Below are positions 48,313 to 59,400 of a stretch of 64,000 bases of DNA, piece by piece (position 1 is the first letter of the stretch; each line of letters starts with the position of its first letter). Made by a program: the position numbers and the translations under genes. The DNA lies in assembly GCA_024679065.1 (NCBI GenBank), contig JAGIQG010000009.1:85746001-85810000 (forward strand). Reading direction: 5' to 3'. The DNA is from Sphyrna mokarran. Lineage: Eukaryota. Below the pieces are notes generated by a model, which was not told where the DNA came from, did not search any database, and was given only the letters and a program-made list of their open reading frames with translations.

Positions 48313-50019
48313 ATGTAGATAATGTTCAATCACACTGAGCACCATCAGGCTGTTATTTTTTGTAACAGTATACCGTTTATATTTAACCCCCTGTTGTCAA
48401 TGGAAACTCCTTTCTCCCATTCTCTCTTTCAGCTTCTGTTGCATCTCATTGGCCAGATCCTAATAGTTCTAATATCTACAGAGTTCCAATGAGTTTTTCA
48501 CTTTTTATGCATATTCATGTTTCCAACAATTCCAAATTACTTCTCCAAAATGTCATTCTCCTGAAGCTTTCCCTGCTTTTCTCCAAAAGGACACCTTACC
48601 TCACCAAAAGGATGCCCCTTGGCATCCGTCCCAAGAATTCTGTCTATTTAAGAATTTATCCTGAGAGCCCTATAGCCCACATGTCATGTTTTAGACATTC
48701 CACTGACAATTGGATTTGTTTGAAAGTTGTTGTATTTTTACAGGTGCACTGTCTCTTTGAAGCACAGGTGTGCAAAGACAACACAACTCCATTCCTGCGC
48801 CAAAAATGGTGGGTGCCGGTTTCAGGGGCTGGATTCTGAAATTGGGTTTCCTAAGCCGGGATCCTCTCTGTATTTCTGAGAATTGGATCCTTAGTGTCAT
48901 AGTTGCCCCAGAGATGAGATTCGGACACTAAAACTGCTGAGCTCCCCTCTAATGTCAGCTGATCTCAGCTGTTCTTCTGCTGAAATCCTCGCTCATACCT
49001 TCCCCACCATTAGACTTGACAGTTCAACACTCTCCTCGCTGATCTCCCACACTCTACCTCTGGAAACTTGAGACAATCCAAAACTCTGCCACCAACATTT
49101 TAACTCATGGCAAATCTCCTTTCCCCTATCACTTCCTGTGCTTACTGACTGGCTCACAATCATGCGACAGCCCCATGTTAAAATTCTCATCTTGTTTTCA
49201 AATCCCTCCATGGCCTTGCCCCTTCCTATAACTTCCTCCACCCACACAACCCTCTGAGATCTCTGAACTCCTTTAATTCTGGCCTCTTGAACATCCTGAT
49301 TTGATTTCTTCACTATTGCTGTCTGCGTCTTCAACTGGTATAACCTCAAGATCTCAAATAACTTCCATCAACCTCCTCCCCCCCACATCTCACTTCCCCC
49401 CTTCTACAATCTTCCCCCTCTCTATCTCACTTTCTCCTCCTGAGCATTTTGAGCAGGTCACTAACACAGAATATTAAGGATTGTCTATGGGTTTATTCCA
49501 TAGATTTCCAGGAGGTTTTCCATAAGGTTTCACACGAAAGACTGTTATTAAAAATGAGAGTGAATAGGAATGGATATGGATGGGGTCTTTTGACTTGGGC
49601 TAGGAATAGTTTTGGGAGGTCGGAGGCAGGGATTGGGGTTAATCGGTAAGTAATCTGATTAGTGGGATCTGTACTGGGGCCATAACTGTTCATCACATTT
49701 ATAAATGTATCAGTGAAGGAAAGTTGTGTATCAAAGTTATAAATGTTCAGATGGTCAATAAGTTGCATCGAAGGGAACAGAAAGTTCTAAAGGGATATTA
49801 ACAGATACTGTGAGTGGGTGAAACTACAACAGATTGAGTTTAATGTGGGATAGCCAGATCATCCACTGTGGAACTAAAACAAACAAATTTCTGGCATGGT
49901 CTATAAAATCTATGGAAAAGAATCCCAGAAAAGAGGGCATTTGGTCCTTTGGAGAATCAGCGCAGACCCAAAAAAGCAGCAATGTACCCTGGCTTTCCTC
50001 CTTGCCCTATCTCTGTAAC

Positions 50020-50196
50020 CCTGCATTTTTACCATAGCTAATTCACCTGACCTGCACATCTTTGGATTGTGGGAGGAAACCAGAGGACCCGGGAATACGT
50101 GCAAATTCCAACATAGTCACCTAAAACCAGAATTGAACCAGGGTCCCTCACACTATGAGGCAGCAATGCTAACCACAGTGCCACTGTGCTGCCCCA
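50020..50196 (-). mobile_element. tRNA-derived V-SINE (HE1-like), degraded
   Basis: A-box TGGCACTGTGG, B-box GGTTCAATTC, then V-domain GGTTTCCTCCCACAATCCAAAGATGTGCAGGT. Confidence 0.8.
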
Positions 50197-51329
50197 GTCA
50201 GAAATTGGGAATTGTGGATGAGTCAAAAGATTTAGGGATTCAAAACCAAAAATATATTGACAGATAGAAACATTAAAGAATGCTGTTCTTGATCTCAAGG
50301 GCTGGAATATTGAGGGTCAGAAGTTATGTTCCAGCTGTACAGAATCTGTTTTATTCCCATCTGGAGAAATGTGTTCAGTTTTCGGCACTGTATATCTGTC
50401 AGGATATATTAGTCTTGGAGGGAGTGCAGTGAAGTTTCAGCAGAATATTCCTGGGGTTAAAGGAGTTAAATTAAAAGGACACGTTACACAGACTGAGCTT
50501 GCATTTTGTTGACTCAGAAGATTAAGTGATGATCTAATAGAAATGTTTAAAATGTTAAATGTTGGTCTCAGCAACTCCAATTTTAATCGCTCTGCCATTG
50601 TTCACCAGTTCTTCAGCTGCTTGAGCCCAAACCGTCTGGAATTCCCTCCTTAAATCTCTCCCCCTCTCTGCCTCAGACAATCCTTAACTGCTACCTCTGA
50701 CCAAATACTTGTTATTCTGGCCTAATATCTCCTGATACAACTCACTGTCACAGCTTGTATTAGAAAGTTCCTGTGAATCCCCACAGGACGTTTTATTATG
50801 TTAAAGGGGCTACATAAATACAAGTTGTTGTTTTAATCTTTACCTGTTTACAATTTTTTTTATTGACAGAGACAAACACAAACCTTGTAACCCAACAAAC
50901 AGAGTGTGAATTTACCCTGATTAATAGGATTATAATGAATTCCTGATTAATCTCAGTGCCTGAGCACAATTAAACACTCAATTAATTTACAATGGACAGA
51001 AAGGGCTTAGAGACAGAGAAAGGGCTCCCTCTGGTGGGAGGAACATGAACAAGAGACATCATCTCAAACATAAACCTTGGCCATTCAGGAGGGAAATCAG
51101 AAAACAGTTTTTCACATAAAAGGTGGTGTAAATCCAGAATATTCTCTTTGTAAAACTATGGATTTTTGAGGTTAATTAAAGCTTTCAAATTGAGAAAGAC
51201 TTTTATAAAACAAAATACTGAATAAGTTGGAAATTTGAATTTAAAACAAAAAAAATGCTGGAAATACTCCACTCAGTTTTTTTATAGAGTGAGAAACAGA
51301 GAATGTTTCAGCTTGATGATCTTTGGTCA

Positions 51330-52595
51330 GAATCATAGAATCCTTACAATTCGGCCCATCGAGTCTGCACTAATCACAAAACCACCCAGGCCCTATCCCC
51401 ATAACCCCATGCATTTATCCTAGCTAGTCCCCCTGATACTAAGGGGTAGTTTAGCACGGCCAGTCCCCCTAATCCACACAGCTTTGGAGTGTAGGGGGAA
51501 ACTGAAGCACCAGAGGAAACCCATGCAGACACGGGGAGAATGTGCAAACTCCACACAGACCGTGACCCAAACCAGGAATTGAACATAGAACATAGAACAA
51601 TACAGCACAAACAGGTCCTTCGGCCCACGAGTTGCGCCGATCACATCTACCAATCCATAGACCTATCTATAACCCCCTATCCTATTCGTTTCCATATACT
51701 CATCCAGAAGTCTTTTAAAAGACCCCAATGAGTTTGCCTCAACAACCTCCGACGGCAGCCGATTCCATTCACTCACCACCCTCTGAGTGAAAAACCTACC
51801 CCTGACATCTCCTTTGTATTTGCTTCCCTGCACCTTAAATCTGTGTCCTCTGTAGTGACCATTTCAGCTCGGGAAATAGTCTCTGAGAGTCCACCCTATC
51901 TATTCCTCTCAATATTTTATAAACCTCTATCAGGTCGCCTCTCAACCTACGTCTCTCCAGTGAGAAGAGTCCGCTCCCTCAACCTATCTTCATAAGGCCT
52001 GCCTCCCAATCCAGGCAGCATCCTTGTAAATCTCCTCTGCACTCTTTCAATAGCCTCTACATCATTCCTATACTGAGGTGACCAGAACTGCGCACAATAT
52101 CCAAGTGGGGTCTGACAAGAGTCTTATAGAGCTGCATCATTACCTCCTGACTCCTAAACTCTATTTCTCGATTAATCAATTCCAGTACACCATACGCCTT
52201 CTTGACCACTTCCTCCACCTGCGATGCCGATTTGAGAGTCCTATGGACCCGGACCCCGAGATCCTTCTGCTCTACAACACAGCTAAGACTCCTACCCCTT
52301 ATATTGTACTCCTTCAACCCATTATTCCTGCCAAAATGGACCACTACACATTTATCCACGTTGAAGTCCATCTGCCACTTCTCCGCCCAGTCTTGCATCC
52401 TGTCTATGTCCCACTGCAACTTTTGGCATCCCTCCAGACCATCCACAACACCACCGACCTTTGTATCGTCGGCAAACTTACTAACCCATCCCTCCACTTC
52501 CTCATCCAGGTCATTTATGAAAATAAATAATTGAATGCGGGTCCCTTACGCTGTGAGGCAGCAGTGCTAATCTCTGTGCCACCGTGCCACCCCTG
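51330..52595 (-). mobile_element. V-SINE (head about 52530-52595, body about 51330-51580) split by a CR1 family D 3' fragment (about 51584-52528)
   Basis: SINE head and V-domain flank CR1 RT ORF 52057-52497; AATTGAA duplicated at 51577-51583 and 52529-52535. Confidence 0.85.
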
Positions 52596-53019
52596 AAAAA
52601 GGATGTTAAATCTGTTTCTCTGTCTATAGATAGCTTCATATTGATGGTCACAGCAAAGGTGGATCAGCGAGGGGTTAACCGGCTGGTAAAAGAGAATCAC
52701 GGCTCCCCTCTCGCTGTGTTTCTCTATCTGAACTCAATCTCCAGCTTCGTCTCACTAAATCTTAGTCTTCAGCACCATTTCTCAGTCAACCTCGTGCCTC
52801 GAATCCTTAGGCCTCCAAACTATCTACCGCTCTGTCCCGCTGTAGACCCATCACCCTAACCCTTAAGGCCCCCTGCACTCTCTCTGGATTAGTGTCCCTG
52901 ATTCTTAAAGCCACTTCGCCCAAACAATTCCCTTCTTATCTCTCTCTTTCTCCCTCCCCTTATCCAGTACCCAACCTGACACAGAGACACTCTGACGCCA
53001 TTACCCACTGAGTCCAGAG

Positions 53020-53352
53020 TTAATTGAATCCTTGCGGTGCCAAAGGAAGCCATTTGGCCCATCAAGTCTGCAGAGCACTCTACCTTTGAGACATCACTTT
53101 ATCTAGGCTCAGTCCCCTGTCCTATCCTTGTAACCCCACATATTCAGCCAGCTAATCCCCATAACTGGCATATCTTTGGACAATCGCTTGGCCAATCCAC
53201 TTAACCCGCACATCTTTGGAGTGTGGGAATAAACTGGAGCACCCAGAGGAAACCCAATAGACAGGGGGAGAATATGCAAACTCCACACTGTCACTCAAGG
53301 CTGGAATTGAACCCAGGTCCCTGGCGCTGTGAGACAGCAGTGCTAAACCACC
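53020..53352 (-). mobile_element. V-SINE (HE1-like) about 40 bp into class I intron 1
   Basis: GGTTTAGCACTGCTGTCTCACAGCGCCAGGGACCTGGGTTCAATTCC head, V-domain and CR1-like tail. Confidence 0.85.
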
Positions 53353-53393
53353 AGTACCCAGATACTGAGATCTTCTCAGAACCCATTACTCAC

Positions 53394-53442
53394 CTGCAGA
53401 GACCCCTCCACAGAGAAGGGTGAGTAGAATTAACCTCAGCAT
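53394..53442 (-). CDS. UAA: MHC class I heavy chain, exon 1 (signal peptide MLRLILLTLLCGGVSA)
   Basis: ATG at 53442 in context GCAACAATG; hydrophobic leader; phase-1 donor G|GTGAGT. It joins exon 2 to give mature N-terminus DSHFLRYF, and lies about 180 bp downstream of the proximal SXY module. Confidence 0.9.
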
Positions 53443-53593
53443 TGTTGCCTTAAATGAAGAGTTTGGTAGGAATTCTGTGTTTCTCCTGCTCTTTCTCACA
53501 GTCTGTGTCTGTGTGTGTGCCTCCCAATTCTCCTCTGCACCCTTGTAAGCTCCTTACCCACTGCTGTCTGCCCTAAACTCAGATTCCTCCACA

Positions 53594-53601
53594 CTGATTG
53601 G
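53594..53601 (-). promoter_or_regulatory. CCAAT box downstream of the proximal Y box
   Basis: Minus strand CCAATCAGTGT about 20 bp after the Y box, as in classical class I core promoters. Confidence 0.65.
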
Positions 53602-53620
53602 TTCACTGGGGTATCAGTGT

Positions 53621-53685
53621 CCAATCAGAATAGAAAGAACCAGTGAGTCATCAGTCTCCGGGTAGAAGAGTCCTGGACAGGTTGA
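53621..53685 (-). promoter_or_regulatory. Proximal S-X1/X2-Y module of the class I promoter
   Basis: Minus strand reads TCAACCT -16 nt- CCCGGAGACTGATG (overlapping TGACTCA) -20 nt- CTGATTGG; canonical spacing. Confidence 0.85.
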
Positions 53686-53723
53686 GTTCCATGTCAAAAT
53701 CAACTTTTTGGAAAGTGCTGCAT

Positions 53724-53788
53724 CCAATCAGAGAATTACTGTCAATGACATCATCAGTTACCAGGTAGAATAAACTGTAGCAGGTTAG
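53724..53788 (-). promoter_or_regulatory. Distal S-X1/X2-Y module of the class I promoter
   Basis: Minus strand reads CTAACCT -16 nt- CCTGGTAACTGATG (overlapping TGATGTCA) -20 nt- CTGATTGG; canonical spacing. Confidence 0.85.
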
Positions 53789-53798
53789 AGAACTGAAC

Positions 53799-53809
53799 AA
53801 ACTGAAAGT
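53799..53809 (-). promoter_or_regulatory. ISRE/IRF site immediately upstream of the distal S box
   Basis: ACTTTCAGTTT (plus strand AAACTGAAAGT), at the position where mammalian class I promoters carry the ISRE. Confidence 0.65.
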
Positions 53810-55475
53810 ACTGTGATCCTCCACCAGACAGAGGGAAAAACATTCACAGCAGGAGTAGGCCATTCGGCCCCTTAAGCCATTCAATAAGATCATGGCTGAC
53901 CTGATTGTGGTCTCAGTTCCACTTCCCATTTCCCCCTCCTCACGGTCCCCCAGCTACCTTGCCCCAGATTCAACCACCGATCAGAAATCTGTCTAACTCA
54001 GTGTGGACATGTTCAATGACTCAGCTTCCATTGCTCTCTGGGAAAGGGATATTTCTCCTTATCGCCATCTCAAAAGAGAGATGTCTTATTTTAAACAGTG
54101 TTCCACAATCTCCCACATCTTCCAGTATCTTCCCTGTCAAATCTTCTCAAGATCTAATCTATTTTAATAAGATCACTCCTCTAAACTGCAATGGATACAG
54201 GCCCAAAATATTCAACATTTTTCAACAGATAAACCCTTCATCGCAGGAATGAATTGAATGAACCTTCTCTGAAATGCAAGGACTTATATTCCTTTTTAAC
54301 TAAGGAGACTGAAACTACTCATTATTCCAGATGTGGTCTCATCAAAGCCCTGGACAGCTCAGTGAAACTTCTATTTTCGTATTTCATTCCTTTTGAATAA
54401 ACACCAACACTCTATTTGCCTTCCTGACCACTTCTACCTGCAGAATAACTTTCTCTGATTGGTGAATCAGGACAGCCAAATCCCTCTGTGCCCACTGAGT
54501 TCTGTAATCTCTCCATTTCAATGGTTTGTGTTTGCTCCCGTCAACATGGGCAAGTTCACATTTTCTCACATTATACAACTCTCTGTCTATGCGAGACAAC
54601 TTCCTTTCCCTACCTACCTCAGTATTATTTAGTAAATTTAGTGACTATACATGCCGTCCTTTCACCCAAATCATTTTCCTAAATTGTTAATAGTTGAGGT
54701 CCCAGCACTGTTGATCTCTGCTTTCTCAGACCTCGATTAGTTACATCTTACCAACATGAAAAACACCCATTTAACCCATTCTGTTTCCTGTTAGCTTTTT
54801 CTGTATTCATGGGCCAAGGGCCCTCTTTCTGCACTGTAGGGTTCTATAATTCTTTGATTTAAAGGATATGAGTGTCACTGGCTGGGCTCTAACTGCCCTC
54901 TATCCCTGATATTTAACAGTCAACCACATTGCTGTGGATCTGGAGTCACATGTAAGCTAGACCAGGTAAGGAAGGCAGATTTCCTCCTCTAAAGGACATT
55001 AGTGATGTATTTTTACAACAATCAACTATGTTTTTATAGTGACAAGACTTCTTTTTTTTTATAAAATTCAAATTTCACCATCTGCAATGATGGGATTCAA
55101 ACCTGGGTCCCCAGAGCATTATCCTGGGTCTCTGGATCACTCATCCAGTGACAATACAACTACCCCATCTAATTTATATTTTATATCTAATATATTACCC
55201 CTTACACAATGAACTGTTCCCATTCAGCCCTTGGGCCCTGCTACACCATTCAATCAGATCCGTATCTCATTTCCATTCACCTTACTTTTGCTCCCTGACC
55301 CCTCATACCCCAACCCCCAAAACAATCAATCCATCTCAGTCTGAAAATCTTCAATTGTTCTAAATTCCCCAGTCTCCCAAGGGAGAAAATTACAGATTTC
55401 TATAACCCTTTTGTGTGAAAATGGTTTCTGCGTGTCTATCCAATCAATTCCTTGTTAACATTATTAACATTTCAA

Positions 55476-55630
55476 TAGTGGTTCAGTGGTTAGCAACGCT
55501 CCTTCACAGTGCCAGGGACCCTAGTTCAATTCCAGCCTTGGTCACTGTCTGTGTGAGTATGTACATTCTCCCCATATTTCCTCTGGTGCTCCGGTTTCCT
55601 GCCACAATCCAAAGATGTTAGGGTTAATTT
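55476..55630 (+). mobile_element. V-SINE fragment
   Basis: GTGGTTCAGTGGTTAGC...GTTCAATTCC...GGTGCTCCGGTTTCCTGCCACAATCCAAAGATG. Confidence 0.8.
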
Positions 55631-56066
55631 GATTCGCAGGTAAATGCAATCCGAGGAGTGGAGGTTCTCTGAGGGGGAGACACTCGGGGGGGAATTGTGA
55701 TGGGAAACATTCTGACAGATAAGATATACTGAGTGGGGGGAAAGATGCTCTGAAGGGCAACTGAGGGGAGATATTCTGATGGGGGAGCACACTGAGACAT
55801 GAGATACTCTGAGGGAGCGAGACACTCTGAGAGTGGGGGAGTCACTATGAGGGGAAGAGATTCTGAGGAGAGGGACACACAGAGGGGCAGACACTCTTAC
55901 AGGGAGTCAATGTGAGATTGGGTTGTGCCACATTATGGTGTTAACCACAGTGACACTCTACTCTTTACTGGGCTGTGTGTCTTCACTGATTCCCTGCTCT
56001 CTGTCGCTGTATTTCTCTATAATAAACTGTAAGAAGGTTTCAATCCCAGTTTATGAGGGATCTGGG

Positions 56067-56182
56067 TGACGTTAATGACGAAACAGAAACAGGTTTGATC
56101 AACAGCTTCAAAATCAGGGACTTTCCGACTGAGACAAACACAAGGGAGGGGCAGAGAGCAAAATAACAGCGCGGGGAATTCC
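56067..56182. promoter_or_regulatory. Candidate distal enhancer: two CRE/ATF half-sites, ISRE, two NF-kB sites
   Basis: TGACG at 56067 and 56076; GAAACAGAAAC 56080-56090; GGGACTTTCC 56117-56126; GGGGAATTCC 56173-56182. Confidence 0.6.
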
Positions 56183-56185
56183 AGC

Positions 56186-56390
56186 TGGATGTGGAGATGG
56201 CAGCATTGGATTGGGGTAAGCATAGTAAAAAGTCTCACAACACCAGGTTAAAGTCCAACAGGTTTATTTGGTAGTAAACACAAACAGCTTTTGGGATTTG
56301 CCCCTTTGTCAGGTGACTGGGAGTTCTGATCACGAACGGGGCCTGTAAAGGCACACACTCAGTTTACAGAATACTGATTAGAATGCAGCT
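56186..56390 (-). mobile_element. Penelope pseudo-LTR fragment
   Basis: Homologous to 20180-20312 and 22040-22165. Confidence 0.7.
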
Positions 56391-56489
56391 GATCAGAGAG
56401 TGGGAGCAGTGAGTGACACCAACAACATATAAGTAAATTGTTAGACTTTGACAACAGGGTCAGAGCAAAAAAACCACTGAGAGATCTCA

Positions 56490-59400
56490 CCTCTCAGTCC
56501 CTCACTCTGGGGCCTCTCTCCCATCAGTCCCTCACTCTGAGGCCTCTCTCCCATCAGTCCCTCACTCTGGCCTCTTCTCCCATCCCTCATCTCTGGGCTC
56601 TCTCTCCCATCAGTCCCTCACTCTGGGGCCTCTCTCCCATCAGTCCCTCACTCTGGGGCCTCTCTCCCATCAGTCCCTCACTCTGGGGCCTCTCTCCTAT
56701 CAGTCCCTCACTCTGAGTGCCCTCACTCTCTGCTTCTCTCCCTCAGTCCCTCACTCTGGGGCCTCTCTCCCATCAGTCCCTCACTCTGGGGCCTCTCTCT
56801 CCTCAGTCCCTCACTCTGGGGCCTCTCTCCCATCAGTCCCTCACTCTTTGGCCTCTCTCCCCCACTCAGTCCCTCACTCTGTCTCTCCCATCAGTCCCTC
56901 ACTCTGGGGCCTCTCTCTCCTCAGTCCCTCACTCTGGGGCCTCTCTCCCCTCAGTCCCTCACTCTGGGGCCTCTCTCCCATCAGTCCCTCACTCTGGGGC
57001 CTCTCTCCCCTCAGTCCCTCACTCGGGGCCTCTCTCCCATCAGTCCTCACTCTGGGGCCTCTCTCCCTCAGTCCCTCACTCTGGGGCCTCTCTCCCATCA
57101 GTCCCTCACTCTGGGGCCTCTCTCCCTCAGTCCCTCACTCTGGGGCCTCTCTCCCTCAGTCCTCACTCTGGGGCCTCTCTCCCATCAGTCCCTCACTCTG
57201 GGGCCTCTCTCCCATCAGTCCCTCACTCTGGGGCCTCTCTCCCATCAGTCCCTCACTCTGGGGCCTCTCTCATCCAGTCCCTCACTCTGGGCCTCTCTCT
57301 CCCTCAGTCCCTCACTCTGGGGCCTCTCTCCCATCAGTCCCTCACTCTGGGCCTCTCTCTCCTAGTCCTCACTTGGGGCCTCTCTCCCCTCAGTCCCTCA
57401 CTCTGGGGCCTCCTCCCCTCAGTCCCTCACTCTGGGGCCTCTCTCCCTCAGTCCCTCACTCTGGGGCCTCTCTCTCCTCAGTCCCTCACTCTGGGGCCTC
57501 TCTCCCATCAGTCCCTCACTCTGGGGCCTCTCTCCCATCAGTCCCTCACTCTGGGGCCTCTCTCCCATCAGTCCCTCACTCTGGGGCCTCTCTCCCATCA
57601 GTCCCTCACTCTGGGGCCTCTCTCCCATCAGTCCCTCACTCTGGGGCCTCTCTCCCATCAGTCCCTCACTCTGGGGCCTCTCTCCCATCAGTCCCTCACT
57701 CTGGGGCCTCTCTCCCCTCAGTCCCTCACTCTGGGGCCTCTCTCCCATCAGTCCCTCACTCTGGGGCCTCTCTCCCATCAGTCCCTCACTCTGGGGCCTC
57801 TCTCCCATCAGTCCCTCACTCTGGGGCCTCTCTCCCATCAGTCCCTCACTCTGGGGCCTCTCTCCCATCAGTCCCTCACTCTGGGGCCTCTCTCCCATCA
57901 GTCCCTCACTCTGGGGCCTCTCTCCCATCAGTCCCTCACTCTGGGGCCTCTCTCCCCTCAGTCCCTCACTCTGGGGCCTCTCTCCCCAGCTCCCTCACTC
58001 TGGGGCCTCTCTCCTCAGTCCCTCACTCTGGGGCCTCTCTCCCTCAGTCCCTCACTCTGGGGCCTCTCTCCCATCAGTCCCTCACTCTGGGGCCTCTCTC
58101 CCATCAGTCCCTCACTCTGGGGCCTCTCTCCCATCAGTCCCTCACTCTGGGGCCTCTCTCCCCTCAGTCCCTCACTCTGGGGCCTCTCTCCCATCAGTCC
58201 CTCACTCTGGGGCCTCTCTCCCATCAGTCCCTCACTCTGGGGCCTCTCTCCCATCAGTCCCTCACTCTGGGGCCTCTCTCCCATCAGTCCCTCACTCTGG
58301 GTCTTCTCTCCCAGTCCCTCACTCTGGGCCTCTCTCCCATCAGTCCTCACTCTGGGGCCTCTCTCCCATCAGTCCCTCACTCTTGGGCCTCTCTCTCCTC
58401 AGTCCCTCACTCTGGGGCCTCTCTCCCATCAGTCCCTCACTCTGGGGCCTCTCTCCCTCAGTCCCTCACTCTGGGGCCTCTTCCCATCAGTCCCTCACTC
58501 TGGGGCCTCTCTCCCTCAGTCCCTCACTCTGGGGCCTCTCTCCCATCAGTCCCTCACTCTGGGGCCTCTCTCCTCAGTCCCTCACTCTGGGGCCTCTCTC
58601 CCATCAGTCCCTCACTCTGGGGCCTCTCTCCCATCAGTCCCTCACTCTGGGGCCTCTCTCCCTCAGTCCCTCACTCTGGGGCTCTCTCTCCCACAGTCCC
58701 TCACTCTGGGGCCTCTCTCCTCAGTCCCTCACTTCTGGCCTGTCCTCCCTCCTCAGTCCCTCACTCTGGGGCTTCTCTCCTCAGTCCCTCACTCTGGCCT
58801 CTCTCCCATCAGTCCCTCACTCTGGGGCCTCTCTCCCTCAGTCCCTCACTCTGGGGCCTCTCTCCCCTCAGTCCCTCACTCTGGGGCCTCTCTCCCATCA
58901 GTCCCTCACTCTGGGGCCTCTCTCCCCTCAGTCCCTCACTCTGGGGCCTCTCTCCCATCAGTCCCTCACTCTGGGGCCTCTCTCCCATCAGTCCCTCACT
59001 CTGGGGCCTCTCTCCCCTCAGTCCCTCACTCTGGGGCCTCTCTCCCCTCAGTCCCTCACTCTGGGGCCTCTCTCCCATCCCCTCACTCTGGGGCCTCTCT
59101 CCCTCAGTCCCTCACTCTGGGGCCTCTCTCCCTCAGTCCCTCACTCTGGTCCTCTCCTCAGTCCCTCACTCTGGGGCCTCTCTCCTCAGTCCCTCACTCT
59201 GGGGCCTCTCTCCCATCAGTCCCTCACTCTGGGGCCTCTCTCCTCAGTCCCTCACTCTGGGGCCTCTCCTCAGTCCCTCACTCTGGGGCCTCTCTCTCCT
59301 CAGTCCCTCACTCTGGGGCCTCTCTCCTCAGTCCCTCACTCTGGGGCCTCTCTCCCATCAGTCCCTCACTCTGGGGCCTCTCTCCCATCAGTCCCTCACT

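Noticed and set aside
46246-48345. Cys/Gly/Val-rich ORFs and a CRISPR-like regular repeat pattern
   Set aside because: These come from head-to-tail 38-bp units with no unique spacers and no cas genes, in a vertebrate intron.
53300-53352. tRNA-like A/B boxes (also near 50150, 52560 and 55480)
   Set aside because: These are SINE heads followed by V-domains, not cloverleaf tRNA genes.
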